Source: Cyanophora paradoxa CCMP329 (Eukaryota; Plantae; Glaucophyta). Taken from it: a stretch of 49,903 nucleotides of DNA. The stretch is from the NCBI GenBank assembly GCA_004431415.1, contig QPMI01000670.1, positions 1 through 49,903 on the forward strand, written 5' to 3'. Shown one piece after another: positions 11,199 through 22,100 of this stretch. Each line of letters begins with the position of its first letter. Position 1 is the stretch's first letter. The notes beneath the pieces are model-generated. The model worked only from the letters and a program-made list of their open reading frames with translations, was not told where the DNA came from and searched no databases. Made by a program: the position numbers and the translations under genes.

Positions 11199-14146
11199 TT
11201 GGGGAAGGGAAAATCACTTCCCCTGTCCCTGTCCCTTGGGCCCAACCCTACCCCAAATCCCATTTCCCCGACTTCCGCAAAACCCGGTCCGCGCGGTACA
11301 CCCTGAAAGCGCATCCCCAGGGGACCCCGAAACCATGTCTCCCGGTCCCGTCCGACCAAAGGGTGATCCAGGAACAGGCACCAACACCCGGGACAAAAAT
11401 GGGTCCAGCGACGCACAGGCAACAGATATACGGGCCAGACCAGTTCGAGGTCAATGCTTGCATCATGCCCGACATTCTGTACAGCGGGAGCGAGGCCGGG
11501 CGCGAGCGCGGTCGTGTAGGAGGACGCCCCGCGCGCTAGCCAATCGCATTGGAGAGTGCGTTAACTTACCCTGAGAAAGTCTTTCAGTGCACCCTATCCA
11601 GCGCGGGAAATTCCCGCAGGCCGGGAACGCCCGCGCCGATGCTACCGCAAGGACGCCCGCGCGGTTCCGCGCCGCCAAGCGGCATCGTCATAGGAGCGGA
11701 CATCGAGCCGGCGACGGGGCCGTGCGACTCGCCCAGCTGCGGTGGCTCCCGCAAGCTGTACGGCGGCAAGTGCCTGCACTGCGCCCAGCACTTCTGCACG
11801 AGGGACGCGCTGTACAGTCATGTGCCAGGATGTCGCGCCCCCGCGCCTGCAGCCAGCGTAGGTCGCCCTGGAGCCTGGAGGAACCCGCAGCTCGACCAGC
11901 GGCGCCCACGCGTTCAGCGAGCGGCCTGAGTGCGGGGGACTGTCAGCAGAAGAGCAAAGCCACCGGCAGCAAAGACGTGTGGGGCTGTGACCTCTGCGCT
12001 GCCCACTTCGTGCGCTTCGGCCCGGCGAAGGTGGTGGCACACCACGCAACTGCATCCTGTGAAAAGAACCGCTTACGTGGTACGCGGTCATTATGCTTTC
12101 GAAGCGTTCGAAACTTACCTTTTCGCTACGTGTATACGCTGTCGCAGATGAGCCGGAGCTGCAGAGCATCGCTGCGCGCGCGGAAGCCGCGACCGCCGCC
12201 TCGGCGCCTGTACACGTCGGTCCGCGAGGCGCACCAAGTGCTCGACTTGCGATGCGAGCTCACAGCGCTCAATCGCAGAGCACGGGCAGCCGGCTGCTGC
12301 GGGATCGATTCCGCCTGCTGGCAGTCACAACCTCGCCTCGCGGCGCGGCTGCAATCGCTGCACGGACAAGCAGCTGCAAGCGGCGGCTGTCCGACTCCGT
12401 GATCGGCAAGATGATCGCGGCGGCTCCGAACGGCAAGGATCTCGTCTTCGAGTACGGCCACGGCGGCTTTCAGCTCCAGATTTCGGGCCCCGTCCTCGTG
12501 GAGAAGGCTGGCGACGACCGTGCCGGCTCGACCTCCAGCTACTGCGTGCTGATGTCCAATGCGGTCACCCAGAAGACGCTCGAGCTCGAGGTCCTCGAGA
12601 AGGTGCTGCTCCGCGTTCGCCGTGCCGCCTGCCCCCCATTCACCTGCGTCCGTGCGCGCTCCCTTGCAGGGGGAGGATGGGTTCGACGACTCCCTCTACA
12701 CCTTCTGCAACGCCCTCGGGGAGGCGCTCTTCGTCCACATCGGCATCCTTCAGCGCTACCTGACGACGAAGATGGGCGGGATTGCCAGTGCGCCCTCTGC
12801 AGGCGCCGCGCCGTCCCTCTCGCTCTCATGCTCCGCGCAGGCACGGAGGTCGTCGTCCTCGAGTGCCTGCCGGGCGAGTACGTCCACTCGAACCAATACA
12901 CGTTCCACAACGTCCTGGTTGCTTCCGCCGATGGGCGCGTCCCTCTGCTGGTCCCTCCGCCTCTCCGATGCTGTTTTGACCCCTCCTGCTCAGGTGCACT
13001 GCAACCTTCCATCCCTACAAGAAGTCCCCTGGCCGCAGCCAAGTTTACCAGCTCGACTACCAGGCCGGCGACAAGCTTCAGCTCGTCTACACTACCTTTG
13101 AGTCGGACCTTAAGGGTTCGTGGGTCTCTCCGTGCTCTGCCTCAGTCTGCCCTTGCTGAGCTCTCCCCCAGATGGCCACGTCCACTTCATCCCCCAGCAG
13201 TACACTCGGAAGTACGTGATCACGGCCAAGGACGAGAAGACCCAGGCGCTTGACGCCCTCTACGACGCATTCCGGTGGGCACTTTCCACCCCTCTCCCGC
13301 GTCTGTTTGCTTTCGTGTGCCCACCGCCGTCCCTGCAGGAACGGCACGGCCACTCTGCAGTCCGGCCCCAAGTCCTGCCTGGTGATGCCGGCCCCGCCTG
13401 CCCGATTGCGGCCCTGCCTGCGCCACAGCTGCCCGAGGACGACGACGAGTGCGTCCTCTTTCTTGCTCCCGGATGCTCCATCGCTCCTCAATCCCAGCCC
13501 GCAGGGATACGCCAAAGCGCCGCTCGGGTGGCCGCAAGGCCACCGTGATCTCCTCGGACGAGTCCGACAACGCCTCCGCCACCGGGTCTGCCGCCCCTCC
13601 GTCTCCTTCCCCGCCCCACCTCCCCACCCCCCACCCCCCCCCCCACCCCCCCCCCACCCCCCTTCCCCACCCCTCCTCCCTCTCCTTACCCGCTCTGCCT
13701 CAGGGACGACCCCATCGAGGTCTCCTCGGACGAGGAGGGGCAGCGCCCGAGCTCGACGCCGCCGAGGCGCCGGTCGTGAAGTCGGCCTCCGCCCCAAAGA
13801 AGGCCACCGGCATGAAGGGCCTCATGGCCCTCGCTGCGCCCCGCCTCCTCGGCACCAAGGCCGCGCGCCTCCTGGGCGCCGGCGTCTCCAAGGGCAAGAA
13901 GACCAAGAAGACGGCGGCCCCCAAGGCCGCCAAGTCCAAGGACACCAAGGGCGGAAAGAAGACCAAGGCCGTGCAGTGACAGTGCAGTCCCGCACGGGGC
14001 TGCCAAACTGCAGCCCCCCCGCCCATTTTGTGCGAGTCTTGTGCGCGCTGTGAATGCCAAGCCACTGCAGTGCAACAGTCCCGTTCACATGATTAATTTC
14101 CCTTCCCCGGACCCAACTGACGCGCGCGGCAAGTCAGTGGCTCTTT
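11199..14146 (+). mobile_element. Putative non-autonomous Helentron/Helitron2-like element
   Basis: Left end: TT then GGGGAAGGGAAA (11201-11212) with an adjacent partial inverted repeat CTTCCCC (11217-11223). Right end: the exact reverse complement TTTCCCTTCCCC (14097-14108), a stem-loop ACTGAC-N11-GTCAGT (14116-14138), then TTT (14144-14146). No TSD and no Rep/helicase seen. Confidence 0.55.
11639..13979 (+). CDS. Spliced cargo gene or pseudogene: Cys/His zinc-finger-like motifs, unknown central domain, acidic SIM-like motifs, Lys-rich tail; apparent frameshifts
   Basis: CDSPSC...KCLHCAQHFC...HVPGC; WGCDLCAAHF...VVAHHATASC; exons LVFEYGHGGFQLQISGP, GEDGFDDSLYTFCNALG, EVVVLECLPGEYVHSNQYTFHNV, HVHFIPQQYTRKY; VISSDES and PIEVSSDEE; tail KGKKTKKTAAPKAAKSKDTKGGKKTK. 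Start and exact exon chain are uncertain. Confidence 0.55.
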
Positions 14147-14181
14147 ATTACGCAGTCACATACCGAGCTACAAACCGAGGC

Positions 14182-14457
14182 TTATTGCTTGTGATGCTTA
14201 TAGTCAGGTGAGGTCAAGTGCATCTGGAGGCCTTTTTCGGTAGCAGAGAGGTAGGTGCAAGTAAAAGAAGGGCATTTAAAGGGATAGCCGCCCAAAGCCT
14301 CCTCAGGTGGTGGAGAACGAAGACTGTCAAGTGGGATAGGGTTCTCGAAGTCCACCAGTGCACGTGCATGCGCAAGGTCCTCGAAGTCCACCGCAGGAGG
14401 GATGTAAGGAGGGGTGATCAGGGGCACCGGCAGGTTAAAGAGCTTGGGCACGGGCAT
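14182..14457 (-). CDS. Small intronless ORF (91 aa) with one C2H2-like zinc finger
   Basis: YPFKCPSFTCTYLSATEKGLQMHLTSPDYKHH; AATAAA on the minus strand at 14149-14144; lower GC than host genes. Confidence 0.4.
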   Translation of the reverse strand: MPVPKLFNLPVPLITPPYIPPAVDFEDLAHARALVDFENPIPLDSLRSPPPEEALGGYPFKCPSFTCTYLSATEKGLQMHLTSPDYKHHKQ

Positions 14458-14577
14458 GGCAGACTAAGAATGGCAGTGTGAGCAGGGGTATCATAGTATG
14501 CGAGTCCCGTATGTGAGTGCGGCGAAAGATGTACAGTTCATATTAGATACGGCGGGAGGCGGGATGCGCGCACGAGG

Positions 14578-16644
14578 CTAGCTCATCATGGGGATGGCGG
14601 GGGCGGGGGCGGCGGGGGAGGCGGAGGGGGCCCGGACGGAGAAGTTGTGGCGGGCGAGGTTGACGCGGAGGAGGAGGGCCTTGGTGGAGCGCAGGTAGTC
14701 GGCCCCCATCGCCCCCGCCCGCTGGAACGTGCTCGCCCGCTGGTCCGAGTGCCGCGCGTACAGCACCTGCCCACGCCGAGCCGAGGCGGTGAGGCGGGGG
14801 CGGGCGGGGGGGAGGGGGGGGGGGGGGGGGGGCCGGGGCGGGGCGGGCCTTGTTGTGGGAGTCGATGCGGGCCTGGATGTGCCCCTCGGTGATCAGCGCC
14901 GCGATCTCCTTCTCCAGGTCCGTCACCCGCGAGTTGAACGCCTGCGCCGAAACGCGCGTCGAGCGGGGCGCGGGGCGGGGGCCGCGGGCGGGGGCGCCTC
15001 GGCCATGGTGTTGAGGTCGACGCTGCTGAAGGGGGAGAAGTACTGGACGAGGGCCTTGTTGCGGATCTGGGAGTAGAGGGCGGCGACGTGCGGGTGCAGG
15101 TGGATGTCCAGCACCAGGTCCCCCTGCCCCCGCCCCCGTCAGCGTCCCCACGGCGCGGGGGGGCGGCGCGGCGGCGCGCCTCCAGCTTGTTGAGGGTGTT
15201 CAGGCAGGCCGCGTAGCGCGAGCCGTAGAAGTCGTTCAGCAGCTCCCGCACCTGCCCCAGCGCCCCCCTCAGCCGCGGCGGCGGCGGCGGGCGGGGAGGC
15301 GGGGGCAGCGCGGGCCTCGGGGACGAGCTCGAGGAAGTTCTTGAACTGGTTGTTGTCGATCACCTGCGCGCGGCGCGCGGTCAGCCGGCCCCGCGCCGGG
15401 GGCGGGCCCCCGCGCGGCCCCGGCGCCGGCGCGCCTTGGACTTGAGCTCCGTGCGGTCGAACGAGGCGAGGGCGCAGAGGCCGCCGTACGTGGCGATGTC
15501 CTGAGGGGCGATGACCTGCGCCGCCCCCGGGCTCGGCTCGGCGGGGCGGGGCGGGGCGGGGCGGGGCGGGGCGGGGCGCGCGTCGGTGTAGTTGTTGGCG
15601 AGGTCGAAGGTGACCTCGAGGAACTTGCGGGCCGCCATCTTGTACTTCTTCGCCTCCAGCTGCGACAGCCCCGCCGCGCACTTCAGCTTCGCCACCACCA
15701 CGGGGTCCTGCCGCTCCCCCCTCAGCCGCCGCGGCGGCCGGCAGCGCCGGGACTCCCGCGCGCCTGCACGTCGGGCGTCTGTTCCGCCTTGGCAACGTAG
15801 TTCGAGACGTGCGTGTAGTTGTTGAGCTCGATGCTGACCTGCGGGCGATGCTCGGGGCGGGCGGGGGGAGCGCAAGATGCCCGCGCTGACCCGAATGACG
15901 TTCAGGCACATCTGGAAAATGTGCTTGGGAGTCGTGCAGTAGTCCCGCGTCCGCACGAAGCTCTTCAGAGCATTGCTGAGGTCGCCGCGGTCGTAGAAGA
16001 ACTCGCCCAAGTCGGTGTGCCCCATCTGCCGAGCGCTCGACATGAGCCTCGGGCACGCTAGCGATGCACCGCGGCGGACTGCCGGCGCACCCTGATGCTC
16101 TCCTTGATCAGGTTCGTCTTGTAGCCATTCAGCTCCGACTCCAGCTTCTCGTGCTGCAGCGCCGCCTTCTTGTCGACCTGCTTCACCCACTCCGCGTCCT
16201 CCTCGTACGCAGGACCGAGCCTGATGGCGGGCTCGCCAGGCAAGAGCAGAGCGAACGCATGTGACCGCGGCCGCACCTGCCGGCGATCCTGGCGACAATT
16301 GAGCGGTACGTGTCTGTGTTCGTGGTCTTCTTGATCTCATCGTGAGCCATGCGCAACGCCTCAAGCTCGAGCTCCTTGCTGTTCTGGGCGATGAACAACA
16401 AGCGGACGATCTGCGGAGCCCAGGAGCGGTCAGAAGGACGGCGGAGGCCGCGCGAGAGCGTGTTCCCAAAGAATGTCATGCGCTCTAGGACGCGTCGAAC
16501 ACGCGCCATGCGCGGGGGAATGCAGGCACGCCCACTCCGCCCGGCGCTCACCTTCGTGTGTCCCGTGTAGTTCGCTATGTACGTCTCCAGGTCCATCGAC
16601 GGCTGCGGGAGCGCGCTCGAGCTGCTCGCCATCGGTTCTGCCAT
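14578..16644 (-). CDS. CSN1: COP9 signalosome subunit 1 (CSN1/GPS1/FUS6), 12 exons
   Basis: [96 protein letters not shown] domain [13 protein letters not shown]...[10 protein letters not shown]. Confidence 0.95.
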
Positions 16645-16954
16645 CCTTCTCTACCGGTACCCGTCCCCGCAACTTCCAGGGTACTTCGCAGCGGTGCAGC
16701 GGTCCCGTCCAGGTCGCGCTCTCGCCGGTATTGAAGACGCCGAACGGCGTCTGCACCGGGTGAGCGGGAGCGGTGGTTGCCCGTGGCCTGCCGGTCAGCG
16801 CTCACAGGTGAGGTGCGCTCGCTGCCGCGAGCCCCTGGGCCCCGCTCACGGCGCCGCGTGTGCTGCAGAGGGAGTGGACACGACGAGAGCAGCGGCTCAC
16901 TAGCTCAGCGACGCTCCTCAGCGCCGACCTCAACCGCTGCACGCTTCCGGGGCG

Positions 16955-17353
16955 ATGAACTTCGTGAAAGCGAGCTCGACGTACAATGAGGAGACTGCGG
17001 GAGTGTTAGGCAAGCGCGACAAGCTCGACGCGTCGGAGGCGTCTATATCACGCGCCGCGGAGGAGGCCCAGCACGCACACGATCGCCGCGCACGCCGCGG
17101 CGGCCTTGGCTTCGACGAACCCGCAGAGCCGGCGCCGAAAGAAGCCGCTGCAGTCGGCGAGCTCGACGTTCGCGGGCACTACGATGGTGCGGCGTGCATT
17201 TCGCCCGCGCGCGGCGCCTCCTTCCTGCCCCACTTCGCCACCGTCCCCGCCCCGGGCCCCCGCCGCGCGCGACCCCCCTGACGCGATCCCCCTCAGGGCG
17301 CCAGAACCAGAGCATCGACAAGCGCAGCATGAGCCGCGTCGTGCAGGCGCCCA

Positions 17354-17389
<36 letters not shown>

Positions 17390-18977
17390 CCTCTCTCCCG
17401 CCGCGAAACGCTTAGCGCGGGCCGGGGCAGGCCTTCAACTTCAACAACTGGGTCAAGTCGGCGCTGTTCAACCGGTACATCAAGGAGCACATGATCTGCC
17501 TGGACCTGGCCGGGGGCAAGGGCGGCGACCTCAAGAAGTTCCAAATGGCCGGCGTGGATGGCATCGTGCTCGCCGGTGCGCCCCGCCCCGCCCCGCCCCG
17601 CCCCGGCGCCCCCCTCGGCCCCCGCGGCCGACAGGCCGGGCCAGACATCGCGCACCAGTCCGTCAAGGACGCTGTCACGCGGTACCGGTGCGCTGCGCCG
17701 CCCCGCGCGCCCGCGCGCCTTGTCGGCCGCCGAAGGGGCCGGGGGCGGCAGGGAGATGTTCATGAGCAAGGACGTGCTGCACGGCCGCTCGCGCATGTTC
17801 GGCGCAAAGTTCATAGCCGCCGACTGCACCCGCGTCGCCCTCGGCCCCTGCCTGCCCCCGCAGATCAAATTCGACGCCGTGCGTCCTGCGCGCTCTGCCC
17901 TGCGGTCGCACGCCAACCGGTACCGCCCGGCAGGTCTCGTGCCAGTTCGCCATCCACTACAGCTTCCAGGACGAGGGCCGGGCTCGCATGGCGCGTCCCC
18001 CCGGCCTCCTCCCCCGCCGCCGCCCGCTCCGAGTGGGGGGGCGGGGGCGGGGCGCAGATGATGGAGAACGTGACGCGGCGGCTGAAGCCGGGGGGCCACT
18101 TTGTGGGGACGACGACGGACGCCAACGTGCTCGTGCGGAAGCTGCGGGAGGCCCCCGGCCTCGAGTTCGGCAACGACGTGCCCGCCCCCTCCCTTCGACG
18201 CCGGCTCCGCCGCGGCCGCCGGCGCCGACGCGGGCGGGGCGGGGCAGGTGTACCGCGTGCGCTTTGAGGTGCCGGGGCGGGCGGGGGCGGGCGGGTGGGA
18301 CAAGAGCTTCCCGCGGGACTCCCCCTTCGGCAACCGCTACCTCTTCTACCTCGAGGACGCCGTCGGCCACAAGGCGCGCGCCGCCCCGCGCCCTCTGCCA
18401 GCGCCCGCCCCCGCGCGCCCGCCGGCGGCTGAGCGCGCGCGGGCGCCGAGCGCAGGACGCGGAGGGGCGGCTGGAGATGGTGCCAGAGTACCTGGTGCCG
18501 TTCCCGGCGCTGGTGCGGCTGGCCGGGGAGTACGGCCTGGAGCTGGTGGAGTCGGAGAACCTGCACCGCTTCTGGCAGGCGCACCACGCCGAGCCCGACC
18601 TCCTCCCCCTCGTCAAGCGCATCAAGGCCCGCCCCCAACCCGCCCCCGCCCCGCCGCAGCGCCACCACCCGCCTCGAGCTCGCTCGCTCGTTCGGGGGTG
18701 ACCCGCCCTCGGCCCCGCAGGTGCTGGACGAGAAGGGGACGATGCCGGCGTTCGTGTGGGAGGTGGCGTACCTCTACCGGACCTTCGCGTTCCGCATGCG
18801 GGGCGCGCGCGAGGAGGAGGACGCCGCCGAGCAGGAGCTCCTCCGCCGCGTGGTCCGCCCTCCCCCCGCCCCCTCGCCCCCCGCTCGCCTCGCCCCTCAC
18901 GCGCCCCCGCCGCGCAGGTCTTCCCCGCGCAGCCCGACGCTGTGCGCATCGAGGACATCATCGTCATCGACAGCTAG
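16955..18977 (+). CDS. RNMT: mRNA cap guanine-N7 methyltransferase (RNMT/Abd1 family), 11 exons
   Basis: FNNWVKSALF, SAM-binding CLDLAGGKGGDLKKF, FDA/VSCQFAIHYSF, LKPGGHFVGTTTDAN, FGNRYLFYLEDAV, VPEYLVPF, WEVAYLYRTFAF. Confidence 0.93.
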
Positions 18978-19148
18978 CTCGCTCGGCTCGGCCCCGGCCC
19001 CGGCCCGGCGCTCGCTCTTGTTGGATCTTGCTGGCTCTTGGTTGGTTCGGCCCTTGCTGCAGCTGGCCGGTGCCAGAACGAAGCTCAAGGAAGTTACAAG
19101 CGGAGGGGAGGGGGGTTTGCGGAGGGACGGGGGCGGGGGCGGGGCTGG

Positions 19149-22100
19149 CTAGAGCTTGATGGCGCGGGTCCAGAGGCGGGCGGCCTCCTTCTTGACGCGC
19201 AGCATGTTGTCCACCGTGAGGCCTGCCGGCCCAGAGCAAGCACCGTTACCGAGGGCCCGGGCGAGGCCAGGCCAGGATGGGCTAGGCCCGGCACGGAGGC
19301 GCACCGTAGAAGGCGTTCTGGTTGCGCATCGCCTCCTCCTCGGCCTCCTCGCGCTCGCCGAGGGCGAGGGGTCCCAGGGCCTTGGGCTTGTACTCGTACT
19401 TGGGCCGGCACGTGATGAACTCCGCAAAGCGCAGGTCCGGCGGCATCGTCGTCGAGCTGCCGCCCCCGCCGTCACGCCGGCCGCCGCGGGGCGGGGCGGA
19501 GCAGGGCGGGGCGGGGCGCAGACCTGCCCACGTTGGCGAGCTTCTCGAGCTGGGCCTTGGTGAGGGGCACGTAGCCGCGGCCGGGCATGCGGCGGGCGTG
19601 GGCGGGGCGGCGGGGGCGGGGGGCGGGGCGGGGCCGGCGGGGGCGGGGGCGCGGCGGCGGGCTCCTCCTCCTCGAGGGGCGCCTCGTGCTGGTGCGTGAC
19701 CACCACGTACCCCGCCCCCGCCCCGAACGGCGACTCCTCCTCCTCCTCCGGCCCCGCCGCGGCCGAGCGCGCCGTCCCTGGCGCCGGGGGCGGGGCGGGG
19801 CCTCGGGCGGGGGCGGGGCGGGGGCGGCATCTCGAAGGCGGTGAGGGGCGGGGCGGCGAAGGGCGGCTGCGAGGGCGGGCGCGACGGGGCGGCGGGGCGG
19901 CGGGGTCCTCGGCGATCGCGGAAGGGGCCGAGGAGCGGAGGACGCGGACGGGCCGGTGCGGGCCCTCCTCCTCCAGCGCCGCCGAGCCCCGCCTCGACCC
20001 CGCCTCCGACCCCGCCCCGAGGGCCCCGCCCAGGCGCCGGCGGGGCCCTCGGCGGCGGCGGAGGGGCCGGCGGAGGGACGGCGGCCGAGGGCAAGGGGGG
20101 CGGCGTCGGGGGAGGGCCGGGGCGGGGCGAGGCGGAGGGGCAGATCGGAGGCGCGGCGGGGGCCCGGGGCGGGGACGGTGGCGGAGTGGGGCAGGACGGA
20201 GGCTCGGCGCGGGGAGGGGCGCGAGGGCGGCAGGCGGCGGGCGCGGCGGGCGGAGGCGAGGGCGGTGGCCATGAGGTGGACGCGCGACGCCGCCACGACG
20301 ATGTGCGCCCAGACGCGCTCGAGGGCGGCCCGAGCGAGGGGCCGCCGGGGGGAGACGCCGGGGCCCCAGGAGCCGTCGCCGCCGGAGGAGCCGGGCCCGG
20401 GGGCGGGGTCCTGCGCGGCGGCCGCGAGGAGCAGCATGCGGGAGATGAGGGGCCCCTCCTCGGGGTAGAACTCCCGCAGGATGTGCACCGAGGTCCGCCG
20501 CGCGCGCGCCCCGGGGCCCCCCGCCGAGGCGAGCAGCGCGAACGGGTCCGCCGCCGTCGACGCCCGCCGCGACGGCGACGCCGCGCTCGCGGCCGGCAGC
20601 GCGGCGCGCCCGCCGGGCGGGGCCGTGGCCGGCGGCGGGGGATGGCGACCTGCAGGCCGGGGAGGCTGCGGCGGGGTGGGCCCGGCGGGGCGCGGGGCCG
20701 GGCGCGGAGGGCCTGCCGCAGCGCCGCCTGCCGCCGCCCCTCCTCGAGCACGCTCTCCACGTCGTCCGCCCTTCCCCCGCCGCCGCGGCGGCGGCGCCCT
20801 CGAGGCGGCCGCGCGCGGTGGAGGAGCCGGGGAGGGCGGGCGGGCGCCGGGGGCCTCGGGGGCGGCGGCGGCGGCGGCGGCGGCGCGCTCGCGCTTCTCC
20901 GAGCCGCGCCCGCGCGCCCGCTCGAAGGCCGCCTCCGCCGAGAGCATCCGCTGCGCCGGCCGCCTGCGTCAGCGGGGGCGGGGCGGGGGCGGGGCGGGGC
21001 GGGGCGGGGCGGGGGGCGCACGGGGGCGCGGCCGCGGGCCTCGAGCTCGGCGTCGACGGCGGCTTTCTGCGAGCGCACCGACCGCGCCCGCTGCGCTTTC
21101 TCCTCCAGGAACTCCTCTGCCCCCGCCGCCCTCGGCACGCGCCCGGCGGAGGCGGCGGGGGCGCGCAGAAAGGGCGGGGGCGCACGGCAGGAGGCCTCGA
21201 GCTCGACGCGGGCGAGCGGGTTCTTGCGGATCTCCTCCAGGCGCCCCTGCGCGCTCTTGCGGCTCTGCTCCATCGCCTGCTCCGCCCGCGCCTCCGCCGC
21301 CGCCAGCAGCACCGCCTCCGTCTGCCCGCCCCGCGCCCGCCCCGCCCCGATTCAGAGCGGAGGGGAGGGGCGGGGCGGGAGAAAGCGGGGGATCGGGGCC
21401 CGCGCACGTGGGGATCGTCGGCGTGGCGCCGCTTCTCGAGGCGGGCGACGAGCCTAAGGCAGCCAGACAGACGGGTGCGCGCGCGGGCGCGCGTCAGAGC
21501 CGAAAGAAGGAGGACAAGGGGGATGGTGTTGTGCGGCGGGGGCGGGCCTGTAGAAGGCGTCCTTGTAGCCGTAGACCCCGATGTGGAAGAGGCCGTCGGC
21601 GTAGTCGGGGTCCGCGTGCATGATCACGATGCTGTCGCTCCCCGTCTCCCCGCTGTTCCAGCTGTACTCCTCCGCCGTCGGGTACTCCGTCCGGTTGCTG
21701 ATGAACCTGCGGGGGGGCTCGCGGGGCGGCGCGGGGCGGGGAAGGGGAGGGGAAGCGGGGGGCACGGGGGCGCACAAGTCGGCGTCGCCGGAGCGGACCT
21801 CGAGGGAGACCTTCAAGAACACGACGTCGACGGCGCGCACGCGGTAGTACTTGTACTGCCCCTGCAGCACCTGCCCGCTCACCGGCACCCCCGGGTGCAG
21901 CGCCACAAGCTGCCCGTGCCCCCGCGCCGTCGAGCACGTGATCTCGAACGCCGTCTCCCGCGCCCCGTACCCGATGATCCCGAAGTAGAAGTACCCCGGC
22001 CTGAGGGCGTGTGAGGCGGGGCGGCGGGGGAGGGGAGGGGGGCGGGGCGGGGCGGGGCGGGCTTGAAGTGGGGGTCGCTGGTGGGGATGACGAGGAGGTC

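Noticed and set aside
1-16644. Functional clustering of DCAF1 and CSN1 (both in cullin-RING ligase biology)
   Set aside because: They are separated by unrelated genes; chance neighbourhood is sufficient.
17356-17387. Long C/G homopolymers in introns (also about 14803-14832 and 5066-5107) as G-quadruplex signals
   Set aside because: Expected at this GC content, and run lengths are unreliable in long-read assemblies.
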